Notes under the pieces: generated by a model
Told to the model about the DNA's origin: nothing
What the model saw: only the letters and a program-made list of their open reading frames with translations
The model's database searches: none
Source of the DNA: Lama glama
Taxonomy: Eukaryota
Reading direction: 5' to 3'
DNA: 64,000 nucleotides
Assembly (NCBI GenBank): GCA_028534125.1
Contig: CM052818.1
Location: 4,466,001-4,530,000 of the forward strand
Shown: in pieces, positions 25,201-38,200 of the stretch
How the letters are laid out: each line of letters begins with the position of its first letter
Position numbering within the stretch: the stretch's first letter is position 1
Translations under genes and position numbers: made by a program

Positions 25201-28200
25201 CCCTCTGGGAGGGGTGGCTATGGACAGGGGGCATCTCTGGGTTTTTCAAATATGTGTATGTCTAACTGATAAAAACAAAATTCTTTGAAAGAGAGCAGGC
25301 AAGATGAGGAAACAGAGACAGCAAGAGCACGTAAGTAACACAACCATCACAGCAATGTTGCTGGAAAGGAGAGTCGGTCTCAGGATGTAGAGGCAACACT
25401 ACTTCCCATCAGATACACTGAACGTCTCCAGAACAGATCGTGTTCAGCTTCACATCGTGTTCACATCACACTGTATTTTTACCAGATTATTAGCAACTCA
25501 TCAAAAATGACATTTATAGATGCGCAACAGTCCAGCTCATGGCTAATTGTAATTAATACACATCTTGGAACATGTCGATTTGCAATTAAAGTCTGTGCAT
25601 GTCTTACAGCAAGAACTACAAGACAGTACGTCTTTGCCTGTACACGGCAATGACAAAAACCTACTGCTAACATGCAACAAAGTGGAGAAACGGGAAACTG
25701 CACGCTAATGAAAAGAAGCTCCCCAGTACCTCCATTTAAATAAATGAACAAACCTAATTACAACCCCCCCAAAAGGACCCATAAAATACACTCTATTTAA
25801 AAAAAAAAAGAAGAAGAAAAAGCCAGACATCAAAGACTACATACTGTGTATTACCACTTATATGAATTTCTAGAAAAGGCAGAACCACGGTGACAGAAAA
25901 ACCAGTGACTGCCTGGGACTGGGGTGGGACTGAAAGACGGACAAGGTGGAATCACAGGACTAACAGAGTATTTGCCAGAAACTCACAGATTTTAAACAGG
26001 TGAATTTTACTGGATGTGAATCAAACTGCAATAAAGCTACTTAAAAAGATTAGTTTAACTAGTACATGTTATGTTAAGCCTTAGATATATAAATTTTAAG
26101 TCGTGAATTTAATGTAATGTACTACCCATAATTTGACTAGCAAATCAGTTACATTTTTAAACTTCTAAATTCACAAGAGCTTTTAGGGCTGTATTTGATA
26201 TTTTAAAATGCGGTACACGTTTCAAAATTTTTGACATTTCTAGTTCAAACAGGCTTTTCCCATGGCTCCATAGTCCCAACTCCAGGCTCAAGTCATAGAA
26301 GGTCAAAATTATCACACAGCTGTCTTCAGGCAGACGGGGCCACCCATGGAGTGTTAACAGTTTAATACTTAAAGTATAAAAAATTTGTCTAAAATTTAGA
26401 TTCCAAATAATAGTGAGCCCCTCCGTTTACAGCAAAGATGAGATGATTTTTGAGTAAAATTACTGCTGGCTTCAGTAGCAGGCGGGTCCCTCCTCCTCCC
26501 AAGCCCACCGCTTGGTTTCCCAACTTCCCGGCATTATATAATCTGAGCCATCTGCCAGTCACCCGGCCTGGCAATGGGGCAGCGTCAGCATCGGACATAG
26601 AAGAGTAATCCCAGCTTGACTTCCTGCACCCTTATTATAATCCCGTATCATCTTATATATGTTCACATATAACCGCCCTCCCGTTTTCACCCAACGTGCG
26701 ATTCTTGCCTTTCTTTTGTGAAAGGCCTTTACATATGTGTGTGTGTTTATATATACATACACACTTGCATATATACACATATATAAATCTTTGTTAAGGG
26801 AAGCCTCACAATGGCATTTAACACACTCCTCGCTCTCCTCTACTGATTTAATAGATTCCCAAGATACTATTCAAATCTTCACCTGTCATGTAATTTCTTT
26901 TAATAGTGATTCTAACCATCTCCTTCATTGCTAACTGAGAAAAAAGTGGTAACTTCTAAGATTTTTTCAACTAACTTAATCTGCTTTCAAAGTAGGCAAC
27001 TACTTACTCATCCAGAACCACATACTGGCATTTAATGGCAACATGATACATAAAACACAACACTTAGGACTTTCTGAAACCACTAAAAGATCACATACAG
27101 ATATGACAAAAATTTTCTCAGGATCACATACTTACACATCAGCCAAGACTATCCGCGTCCGGGTCACATTCTCTATGGTGAACTTGGTTTTTCCTCCTTT
27201 GCCAGCAATTCTTCCTATTGCCCTCGACAGGTGATCTCCCTTTAAGGGCTTCACTAAATGAGAAACATGAAACCTCAAGATGGAAGCCATTCCAGCACCA
27301 CCCACTTCCACAAAAAGTTTTACAATATTTTACAATACCATTTAAAAGAGCCAAGACATGGAAGCAACATAAATGTCCATTGACAGAGGACTAGATAAAG
27401 AAGCTGTGGTGTATTTATACAATGGAATACTACTCAGCCATAAAAATAACAATGTCATTTGCAGCAACATAGATGGACCTAGAGATTATCATGCTAAGTG
27501 AAGTAAGTCAGATAAAGAAAGATAAATATCAGATAATATCACTTATATGTGGAATCTAAAAAAGAAATGATACAAGTCTTATTTACAAACCAAGAATAGA
27601 CTCACAGACACAGAAAACAAACAATAGTTACCAAGGGAAAAGGGCAGGGGAGGAATAAATTAGGAGCCTGGGATTAACAGATACACACTACTATATATAA
27701 AATAGCTAAGCCACAAGTTACTGTATAGCACCAGGAACTACATTCAATTTCTTGTAATAACATAAAATAGAAAAGAATCTGAAAAAAAAGTATGTATATG
27801 TATAACTGAATCACTTTGCTGTACACCTGAAACTAACACTGTAAATCAACTATATATACTTCAATAAAATAATTCTTTTAAAAAGCTTAATCATTAACCA
27901 CATTTCTCTACTAAAAGACAGAAAATACGCATTTTTTAAAAAGCTGCAAATAATACAGCTCAATTGGTTATTGGAAAGCTAAGAGTCACACACAATACAG
28001 TCGGCAATACAAAAGCACTGTCTAGTATTCCACAAAAGACCAGCACACACTCACCGTCTGTAATTTCAAAAGATTCTAGGAAGAGGTCATCCAACCTGAT
28101 GAGGGCAAGTGCATCCTACAATACAGAAATAAATACTGTGAAGCCCTGCCACTCGGGCCCCTGCAAATGAGTGTTCAGCTACCATTCACAAACTGCAGAA

Positions 28201-31200
28201 GCAGAAAATGCAAACTGAAAAAAAAAAAAAGCCCCAGTCCATTGAAACATTCACATGGCATATTTTTCAAGCCCCCACTTCAGATGAGATCACTCACCTC
28301 CACCTGAAACCCAAGAATAAAGGCTTTTACAAAATCAGCTGCTTTCGTCAGAGCGCTAACATCCTTGGTTTCTTTACAGGTCTGTTAAAAAAAAAAAAGG
28401 CACCAATTATAGTGGGAATGAAAAACGGTAAAATCCTAACAAACGACTAAGATTGACCTTTCCCACTACTATAATTGCCTTCACCACCACCCATCCCCAG
28501 TATATCCTCTACAACCCAGTTTTTGGTGAGGTAAGCACTGTGCTTAATTTTCAAAACAATACTCTGCTGGCTCCAGCGCTGGGCAGTGCTCCTCAAAGGC
28601 TGTCAAATGGCTAATCTGACTCTGGCGTTACTTCCTCTGACACAGCCCAGTCGCCCCCATTCTGTAGGACCTCCGACCTCAGCCCATCCCCACCCAAGCT
28701 GGCCCTCTTCTCTCCTTCAGTGCGGTCTCCCTGGGAGTCCTGATCTAACTCCCTGACCTCAACCATCATTCGTGTGCCGATGCTTCTTTCCCACAGCAAC
28801 AACTCTAGTCCTAATTACTAAGACTGGTTTAAGCAGGGATCCTGCCCTCGAAGAGTTTATCTGAGAATCACAGAAACAGGAGGTGCCATTCATAAAATGC
28901 CCATCCCTGTAAATGATGTGCACTACAAAGGCGCTTGACACTCTACGGCTCCAACTGGCATGTCAACCTAAAAATACAAACACTTCTATATTTGAGGAAA
29001 CTCCAGTACCAAAAGGTGAAGAAGTACCAAAATGTGAACACGGGTCTGACTCCAAAACCATCACTTCTCCTCTCCCACACAGACTCACGGTAGAGTTGAG
29101 GAGAGCCCATATTTGACAGCTTTGAAACCATACAGGGCTGTCTAATGGCACATTTCAAACTAGATCCCAGTCCCAATTCTATCTGTGACCTCAGGCAAGT
29201 CCCACAAATGCCCTAGATCTTAAGTTTTCTCATCTGTAAGATAAGAAGATCCTAAGAGGTCCCTACCAGTAGCAATGACTTTGGCCAGGATACTCCTTGG
29301 CCAGTTTCCTCACATCTCTAAAATGGGGTACATCATCTACCTCCTAGGGCTGCCCTAAAGACCAAAATGATGCATGCCCGCCAAAGCACCACTATGGGTC
29401 TAGCATACAGCAGTGGCAACAAATGGCAGTGGAATCCAAACTGGTAGTGCTGCAGTACATAAGACAGTTAAGGACAATAGCAGTTGAGGCTGAAGACATG
29501 ACTGAAAAGTGGACTGTAAAGGAGAAAGAACCTGACATAGTGAAGTCAGCCAGAAAGAGAAAGAAAAATATCTTATGATATCACTTATATGCAGAATCTA
29601 AAAAAATGACACAAATGGACTTATTTACAAAACAAAACAGACTCACAGACATAGAAAACAAATTCATGGTTATTGGGAGGGAACTTGGGGGTAGAGATAA
29701 ATTGGGAGTTTGGGATTTGCAGATACTACTATACATAAAATAGATAAACTGCAAGGTCCTACTGTATAGCACAGGGAACTATATTCATATCTTATAATAG
29801 CCTATAATGAAAAAGAATACAAAGAAGAACATATATATATGTACGACTAAATCACTATGCTGTACACCAGAAATTAACATAACATTGTAAACCGACTATA
29901 CTTCAGTTAAAAAAAAAAAAAGAACTTGAAATAGGCCCTGAAAGATGATGAAATTGAGATAGGAAGGAAAAGGGAGCAGGGAGGAGGGGGCCTTCTTCAG
30001 AGAGCAAATCAGTTCGTAAGTAGGGACATAAATAAATGTTCTAAGAGATGGTGAGAGAACTTGGGAATGAGACACCTGCTTCAAAGGCAAACTCAGTCAA
30101 AACCTTAACTTTCATCTTTCAGAGATGAAGATACCAAGATATCATAATAAAAGCAGTGTGGTCTAGGAAGATTAATCTGGCTCTGGCACAGAGGATGGAG
30201 TCCTGAAAGGAAATTTAAAATAACAAAGGAAAGGAAACTTAAAATGAAAAAAAGATGTTTTAGCACTAAACCACAAAAACCTGAGTGAGAGGGGCAGTAG
30301 GAACCAAAAGGGGTCCTACTGTCAAGTTCTGTGTTTTAAACCTCACCAACTATTTAGGCCAGTGCCTCTCTCTGCTTTATTCCATCATTCCAGTCTTTCA
30401 GCAGAGATGAGTTTATACCAGTCATGGTAATGAATCCTTAAAAAGGAAGCTATAATTATTTTGGTTATCGATTCTGATACAAACTTGGCACCCAGAAAAA
30501 GAAACCCAAAGTCAACTAATTTTAATTGCCTAACTCTTAAGCTGACATCATGGAATGAATAAATATATAAATATATTTATATATAAATTAAATTTATTCT
30601 CAAAATAATACTCCCTCCCTCAAAAAAAAAAACCCATCAAAGTATAAAATGTCTGTATGGTAGAAAATACTCTGCTTATTTACATACTTCCGTTTATGAC
30701 AAACCCTTTATTAAAACTTTTCTCAGACAACACAGAATATTATTAAAACATTCACAGATAAAGCCAGTACTGTGGTACACCCTCAGGCCCAACTTATGAA
30801 TTCAACTAATATCGAAATTGAATGCAGATTTTGAAGGCATTTGAGAGGTTCAAACATTATTATTAAAAAGCTGCAAGAAAATCATTGAACAAAATAAGGC
30901 CTATTAAAGAAAGCCTATTTATGCCTTTTCATCTCTGGAGGAGAGAGAAACCGCAGCATATTTGAAAATGGTTAACATTCTCCTTACCCTGATTTCTACA
31001 TTCCTAGATTTCAGGTTAAAGCGTATCTGAAGTCCCAAATGTTCTACAATAGGAGTAAATATCTTCATCCAGTTCTCTTTTAACGGTGTGTATCTGTTAG
31101 CTGGGACTGGAATTTTCCTGGTTTCTTCTTTCCCACCCTACAATAAAACAAAACACAACTCAGGAGTGGTCTGGAGGGATGGGGGTGAGGGGTGGGGGTG

Positions 31201-31582
31201 GAGATGTACAATGACAGCTGATCCACAAAAAGTCTGCTTTAACTGAACGAATTAAACTTCAAGAGAGTCAGGCTCTAAGAGCTTCACGCCAGGAGCTTCA
31301 ACATCACCCAGAGGCCACCGGCTTGACCTGCCTCTCGCCCCTGCCCGGTTCCTGTCCCTCCGTCCCCGCCAGTACCAAGAATCCATCCCCGGAGAGGGGC
31401 GGGAAGACGGGCCTCTTCGCCGGCCGGGCCTCCTCGGTGTCCATGCGGCCCGCGTCCCCGCCCTCCCCAGGCGTGGACAGCTGCTCGGCCTGCCGTTTCT
31501 TCGCCCGCCGACCACCTTTGCGGGTGACCTCGGTAAAGCCGTCCTCGGCCAAAGGGCTCTGTGACTCCATCTCGGTTTCCAT
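22189..31582 (-). CDS. PNO1: RNA-binding protein PNO1 (KH-domain 40S assembly factor), complete 252 aa: complement(join(22189..22256,22945..23015,27136..27253,28055..28115,28298..28381,30988..31137,31376..31582))
   Basis: Exon lengths 207+150+84+61+118+71+68=759 nt, open. Translation METEMESQ...[17 protein letters not shown]...[16 protein letters not shown] (KH GxxG)...[22 protein letters not shown]. Confidence 0.98.
22945..23015 (-). CDS. PNO1: PNO1 exon 6
   Basis: cag|(V)[23 protein letters not shown]+G|gtaaca. Confidence 0.97.
23335..23461 (-). mobile_element. MIR
   Basis: tttaatcctc...ttcccactttacagatgaggaaaa...cctgtccaagat. Confidence 0.7.
25810..26050 (+). mobile_element. L1M 3' UTR fragment
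   Basis: aaaagccagacatcaaagactacatactgt...tctagaaaaggcagaacc...caataaagct. Confidence 0.7.
27136..27253 (-). CDS. PNO1: PNO1 exon 5
   Basis: tag|(V)[38 protein letters not shown]+GT|gtaagt. Confidence 0.97.
27325..27882 (+). mobile_element. L1 3' end (artiodactyl/camelid-type)
   Basis: gccaagacatggaagcaacataaatgtcc...aatggaatactactcagcc...gaatcactttgctgtacacctgaaactaacac. Confidence 0.9.
28055..28115 (-). CDS. PNO1: PNO1 exon 4
   Basis: tag|[20 protein letters not shown]+G|gtgagt. Confidence 0.97.
28298..28381 (-). CDS. PNO1: PNO1 exon 3
   Basis: cag|[28 protein letters not shown]|gtgagt. Confidence 0.97.
29170..29430 (+). mobile_element. Two MIR fragments
   Basis: tgtgacctcaggcaagt...ttttctcatctgtaagat; cagtttcctcacatctctaaaatgggg. 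Confidence 0.65.
29541..29921 (+). mobile_element. 5'-truncated L1 with poly(A) tail and target-site duplication
   Basis: L1 3' UTR ending cttcagtt(A)n; flanked by AAAGAACCTGACATAG (29525-29540) and AAAGAACTTGAAATAG (29919-29934). Confidence 0.9.
30988..31137 (-). CDS. PNO1: PNO1 exon 2
   Basis: tag|[50 protein letters not shown]|gtaagg. Confidence 0.97.
31376..31582 (-). CDS. PNO1: PNO1 exon 1 coding part
   Basis: AGGATGG strong Kozak; METEMES...PPLSGDGFL|gtactg donor. Confidence 0.95.
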
Positions 31583-32100
31583 CCTCAGGAATCTTCGGCC
31601 CCTGCACAGGCTTCCTTCTGGAACACGTGCGGGGCTGCACTACGCAGGCGCACCCCGCAGGACCCAGCGTTTGCCAACCAGCCCCAGGGCTCCGCCTTTT
31701 TTCCTAAGACGTCCCACGCAGGGGGCCTGAAGCCGGATTTTGTGTGTTTGTCGGGGAGGGAGATAGGCTGTCCTCAAATGTGCCTGATTCTTACAGGCTC
31801 CCTCCGGCCCCTTCGCAGCCAAAACGTTTTGTAATCTCTAATCTGTGTATGTACGAAAGGCAATAGTAAAGGCGATAAACAAATTTGTGCCGTCGATGAA
31901 GAAAAATCTTGTGTGCCGTCAGTAGCGCATCTGGCACTATCGGAGACACCTAAAGCCCACTCGCTAGGGCGTCAGAGGGCGCGTACGGCAAGCGGGAGGG
32001 ACAAACTGTCTTTACTGTTCGGTGTCTGTGGTTTCCAGGTTAGCGTTTTGTTAGGGAAAGGGTGTGCCCCTTAGAAGAAGCGAAATCAGTCAACTGGACC

Positions 32101-32283
32101 ATGTCGGCCTTCGAGAAGCCTCAGATCATCGCCCATATCCAGAAAGGCCTCAACTACACGGTGTTTGACTGTAAGTGGGTGCCCTGCAGCGCCAAATTTG
32201 TGACCATGGGCAACTTCGCCCGGGGCACCGGCGTCATTCAGCTGTACGAGATCCAGCACGGGGACCTAAAGCTGCTTCGGGAG
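32101..32283 (+). CDS. DNAAF10: DNAAF10/WDR92 exon 1 coding part
   Basis: ACCATG start; MSAFEKPQ...DLKLLRE|gtgggt. Confidence 0.96.
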
Positions 32284-35200
32284 GTGGGTGCCGGGTCGAC
32301 ACTGCCCAGTTCCAAGGCCTGGGACTGCCGTCTGGGGCGAGTGAGGATCCGGGGCGGGAGGGTGTCGGCATTTCTTTTTGCCGACGCCTTCGTCCAGCGT
32401 CTCGCCATAGCACAGCTCGAGCTGGGCGGGAGTAGCGAAGCGGTTCGCAGATTGAGGAAAACTTCCGATGTAAAACGCTTTGGCCCGAGTCCTGAATTGT
32501 CGACGGGCTTGTTCATCCACGCCCTGAAGTCCCTTCCTCTAGCTACCGCCAGCCACCCTCGCTGTCCAGCGCAAGGTCTCTGGAAGTGACGCTACGGCTG
32601 TGTGTATGAATTCGAGGCCCTTCTGGACAGTGCGCGGTTGTTTTAACAGGCACAAGTTAGTAAAATGCTTTTTCGTACAAACAGAGCCAAAGCAGGCACC
32701 AGGATGCCTGCAGTGTAATTGGAGGAGACAACTAACACATCTGTTCTTTCAACGAGTATCAGTTTATTGCCTGGTATTCCCATGCATGTAAATAACAATG
32801 GCCCCCGTACCATGGAGTTTTTTTTCTAGTGGGAGAGGGAATCAGTTAAATAATCAAACCAATGATACGTAAATACAAACTGAGATGAATTTTCTAACAT
32901 AAAGGAACACGGTTCTATGAGAGTAAAACAAAACAAAACCAGATTTGGGGGTGAGTAGAAGCTAACTTAGGCCAAACTAGGAGTTGACATTTCTAGAGGA
33001 AACAGCATAGGTGGAAGCTTAGCGATGGGAGAGAGGTTATTTCCTTTAGAAACAAAAAGAGTAGTAAACAGGGACCAGACGTTGCAAGATCTATAGGTCA
33101 TTTAAAAGAGTTATGTCTTTTTTTTTTCCTAAGAAAAATGGGACGTTAATGAAGGGTTTTAACTGGGATGTGGCAAGATCAGATTTACAAATTTTGTAAA
33201 GATACTAAGGAACGAATTGGAGAATAACAACATTAACTAACATTTTTATGCCTGGGTACAGTTTTTTAAAATGCCTTGATTTGTGTTGCCTTTTGAAAAA
33301 GAACGATCCTTCATACTCAGAGGTTTAGAGTTGTAATAGACTACAGGGACGTCTGTAATTCCAGGGACCAAAAGCTATGGAGAGAATCTGCTTGGAGCAG
33401 TTAGGAGTTAAACTGGTAGGTAAAGGATGAATACAGTTTCGATAGGAAAGCTTAAATGAGAAGGAAAGTCAAACCCCATCCCACTTTAAATTTTATAAAT
33501 GCCAGTTTTCTTGTTCAGTTTGTCTTCTTTACTCCTAAACATGGCTTGTTCTTTTCTACCTTTTCTTGTGTTGCTCATCACTGAGCCCCGAGTCACTTGT
33601 TTGTATTCTAAGGTCCAGTTCAGAATATTTGATTAATGATGTCCCATCCTGATCCCTACACAAGGTAACTTCTCTTTATGTTGCATTCCTGTGATACTTA
33701 CTGTGTCATAAATATATCATTCTGTCCCATGTATCTCTAATTAGATCATGAGCTCCTGGAGAGTAAAGGCATGTCTTTCTTTAGAGGGGTAAGGAGCAGC
33801 TGCTCAATAAACTACTTGTTAAATGAGTAAATTCATGTCTGCGAAAGGATATAACTTGGAACTTTGAAATACTGGTTTATTGATCATTAGTTGATTGGGG
33901 TCAGGAGTTTGAACCAATAAGAAACACTCGAATTGTGCAAAGAAACTTAAAGATGAAGCATTTGGAATGAATACCAATCAAAGCTCAACCAGAGCTTCTA
34001 AAGACTTGTGAGTTTTCTTTATATACGGCTACATGACTTGTGTACATTTCAGGAGTACACTTGTTCTGTAATGAGAAATAGTGCTCTTTGTCTCTTTTAG
34101 AGATTCTGGAGGAGTCTAGGAGGGTTTTTTTGTTTTTTTTTTAATAATTTTGCTTTTTAACAAAAGTAATGTGTGTTCATGATAGAACATACCAAAAATA
34201 TAGATAGGAAAGAGAAGAAAATTAGCATCACCCATAATCTCAACCGTAGGAGTAACCACTTTGTGTACTTTCACCTGTATCTTTTGGCTCTTCTCTTTTT
34301 CTACCATAAACTGTCTGTTGAGAACCTGTTATTTCAAGGTACTATGCTAAAGAAGGACCAAAGATATTTGAACGATGAGTCCCTCCTCCTAAAGAGCCTA
34401 CTGTCTGGAGAGAGGATAAAACAAATGCACAAATTTAAGAGCTTGCATTGTATTTGGCTGGGATGATGCAATGGGAAAGAATATAGATTAAGTACAATCT
34501 CAGTGATTCTCAACTCTTACTGTGCATCAGGGTCACCTGAGTGTCTATGGTTGCTGTTGTGTGTGTGTGTGTGTGTGTGTGTTTTAAAATATTCATGCCT
34601 TTGTCCCACCCCAAGAAATTCTGAAGCACTGGGGCTCTTGCTTCTAAACTAGAGTGAAACCTGGACATCAGTATTTTTCAAACTTCCACCAGGCGATTCT
34701 GATGAGGACTAGGATTGACTACCATTGGGCTGGATGAATTACTTATTAAAATATGATGAAATCTACTTGATTATATCCTCGTGGAACTACCTCAAGTCAT
34801 GTGCTCCAGAGCCCGTGCATCCAGGATAAAAAGGAAGAAAGCAAATGGGTCTTCGTTGATGCCTCCTTATCTTGTTACAAAGGGATAGACATGGGATGGG
34901 GGCAGGGCCTTGGTATACAGTTGAGCAGTTTGTTATGCTGCACACAGGGGTCTGGCCAAGGGTTCGGGTGGGAGCTGAAATCCGTCTTTCTCTTTAGGCC
35001 CTGCAGGTGTGAGACTTCCATCAGCCTCTAGAGGGCACCGTTTTTTTCTAATTGGCCCAAAGGACTACGGGTGGCCCTGAAAAGTGGAATCACAACTGGG
35101 GATGTCTACACTTTAAAAAATTAGTAGTAAGCTAATAAAGTTCTGCTTTTTCAGCCTCTGTCTCGCTGAATTCGCCGCTTGTTAGCATTTGGTTGACTAA

Positions 35201-38200
35201 ACCTTTAGTGTTAATTAAGTAGTGCCAGGATGTGGAGGAGGAGATACTGACAAGCTGTACTAGACCCACCCACAGGCAGAACAGAAATAGCTCCCTGGGA
35301 ATTATCCGTCATGGGCTTCCTTTATCACGCTGACTCAGCATGGCAAAGAGAACCAAGAGCTAGGTCAAATCTGCCCATCACTGATGGTCATCTTCAGTAC
35401 CACACAGCCGAAATTACCTAATATATACTGATTTTCTTTGTGGAACAAATTTTGCAAAATAGATCTTTATTATTATTTTTTCTAACCAATCAGTTTTCTA
35501 TCAAGAAAAATTTTAAGTGTCCGCTGAATTCTTTTCATCTTTTCTTTTCCCAAGGTAAAGCATTTAACAGGCAGGGAGGGAGCCCTTTTATCAACTATAA
35601 AAAATTAGCTTCACTCCAGCGGCCTCTCTCAATTTAGCTACTACTGTGACTTCAATGACTGTCTAAGGGAAGCGCAAATACCTCTGCTTTTTAAAGTCCA
35701 TTTAGCACAGCTCAGCCCTTCTGAGCAAAGTGCAACCCTAGCTGAGGTGCAGATAACAAGCTGTTTATGCATTTGAGTTTGTTTTTCAATACATTTTACA
35801 CATTTTGAGTTTAATTTGATCACTAGTACCTATAAATCTGTTTCTTTGATAGAAGGAGAAAAGAACGTGAGTGAAGCATAAACACCATGGATTTACATCT
35901 TGTAAAGACATGAATGGGGGTAAAAACCAAAGGACCCAAGTCAGAAAGTAGGCTTGATTCAGGCCTGTACCATTGACCTTTTGCACTGTTTCAGACTTTT
36001 TCATTATTGCTGTAGTTGTTATGGTGATCTGTGATCAGTGATCTTTGATGTTACTCTTGTAATTGTTTGGGAGCGCCACAAGCCATGCCCGGATAAGATT
36101 GAAAACTTAATTAGTAAGTGTTGAACGTGTTCTGTTTGCTCCACTGCCCAGTCCCTTTCCCCATCTCTCTCCCTGTCCTCGGGCCTCCACATTCCCTGAG
36201 ACACAACAGTGTCTAAATTAGCCCTGTAATGGTCTCTTAAGTGTTCAAGTAAAACATGTCTCTCACTTCAAATCAAAAACTAGGAATACTGAAGCTTAGG
36301 GAGGAAGGCGCGTTGAGAGCTGAGCTAGGCCAAAAGCTAGGCCTCTTGTACCAAACAGTTAGCCAAGCTGTGAGTGCAAAGGAGTTCTTGAAGGAAATTA
36401 AAAGTGCTGTTCCAGTGAACACACAAATGGTAAGAAAGTGAGACAGCCTTATTACTGATACAAATAAAGTTTTAGTGGTCTGGATAGAAGATCAAGCCAG
36501 CCACAGCATTCCCTTAAGCCAAAGCCTGATCCACAGGAAAGCACTAACTCTGTTCAGTTCTCTGAAGGCGAGGAAGCTGCAGAGGGCAAGTCTGAAGCTA
36601 GCCTGGGTTGGTGTATGCGGTTTCAGGAAAGAGGCTGTTTCCATAACATCAAACTGCAAGGAAAGCAGAGGTGCTGGTGTGGATGCTGCGACAAGTTCTC
36701 CAGCTCCAGCTAAGAGCACGGATGAAGGTGGCCACACTCAACAACAGATTTTCATGTAGATGAAACAAACAGCCTTCTGTGGAAGAAGACGCCATCCAAG
36801 ACTTTCATAGCTGGAGAGGGGAAGTCAGTGCCTGGCTTCCAAGCTTCAAAGGACAGGCTGCCTCTCTGGGTGTAATGCAACTGGTGGCTTTAATTTTAAT
36901 CAAAGCCAATGCTTGTAGACCATTCCAACAATCCTAGGGCCCTTAAGAAATACGTGAAATCTATTCTGGCTGTGCTCTATCAATGGAACAACAAAGCAAA
37001 CAGCACGTCTGTTTATAACATGGTTTACTGAATATTTTAAGCCCACTGTTTTGAGACCTACCACTCAGGAAGAAAGTGGCTTTCAGAGGACTCCTGCTCA
37101 TTGGCAGTGCACCTGGTCACCCAGAGCTCTGATGGAAATGGACAAGGATATTCATGGTCTCATGCCTGCTAACACAGCGTCCATTCTGCAGCCCACTGAT
37201 CAAGGAATAATTTCGACTATCATGACTTAAGAAACACGTTTTGTATGGCTATAGCTGCCACAAATAGTGGTTCTTCTGATGGATCTGGGCAGAGTCAATT
37301 GAAAACCTTCTGGAAAGGATTCACCCTTCTAGATGCCATTAAGGGCATTCATAACTCATGGGAAGGGGTCAAAATATCAACATGGAAGAAGTTAATTCCA
37401 GTCCTCATGAATGACTTTGAGGGGTTCAGGACTTCAGTGGAGGAAGTAACTGCAGATGTGGTATAAATACCAGGAGAACCAGAATTAGAAGTGGAGCCTG
37501 AAGATGTGACTGAACTGCTGCCATCTCTTGAGAAAACGGATGAGGAGCTGCTTCTTACGGATGAGCAAGCAAAGTGGCTTCTTGAGGTAGAATCTGCTCC
37601 TGGTGAAGGTGCCGTGAAGATTGTTGAAAATGACAGTAAGGCATTTAGAGCATGACATAAACTTGGTTGATAAAGCAGCGGCAGGTTTCCAAAGGATGGA
37701 CTCCGATTTTGAAAGAAATTCCTCTGTGGGTAAAATTCTAACAGCACCGCACGCTACAGAGAAATTGTTTGTGGAAGGAAGAGTCAGGCAAACTAGCAAA
37801 CTGCACCGTTGTCTTATTTTAAGAAGTTGCTGCAGCCACCCCAGTCTTCAGCAGCCACCACCCTGATGAGTCAGCAGCCATCAGCATCGAGGCGAGACCC
37901 TCCAACAGCAGAGAGAGAACTACTCGCAGAACGGTTAGATGGTGGTCAGCTTTTTTAGCAATAAAGTATTTTTAATTACGGTCTGTACATTTTTTTAGAC
38001 ATAACGCTGTTGCACATTAAACAGACTACAGTATATGTAGACATAACTTTTAGATGCACTGAGAAACCCAAAAATTCATGTGACTCACTTTATTGTAATA
38101 CTTGCTTTGTTGTGGTAGTCTGGAACCGAACTTACAGATATCTCTGAGGTCTGCCTGTACTTTCAAACAATACAAAAATGACTAAAGGAAAAGCATAATA

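Larger units (their letters stand above)
31300..32640. promoter_or_regulatory. CpG island / bidirectional promoter shared by PNO1 and DNAAF10
   Basis: High GC and CpG density; divergent start codons separated by only 518 bp (31583-32100); CACGTG E-box at 31624-31629. Confidence 0.9.

Noticed and set aside
32062..32589. 175-aa ORF
   Set aside because: It is DNAAF10 exon 1 read from an upstream GTG and on into GC-rich intron 1; homology stops at the 32283 donor.
36256..37866. Possible domesticated transposase (TIGD1-like)
   Set aside because: Multiple frameshifts and stops split the frame into short pieces; a fossil element.
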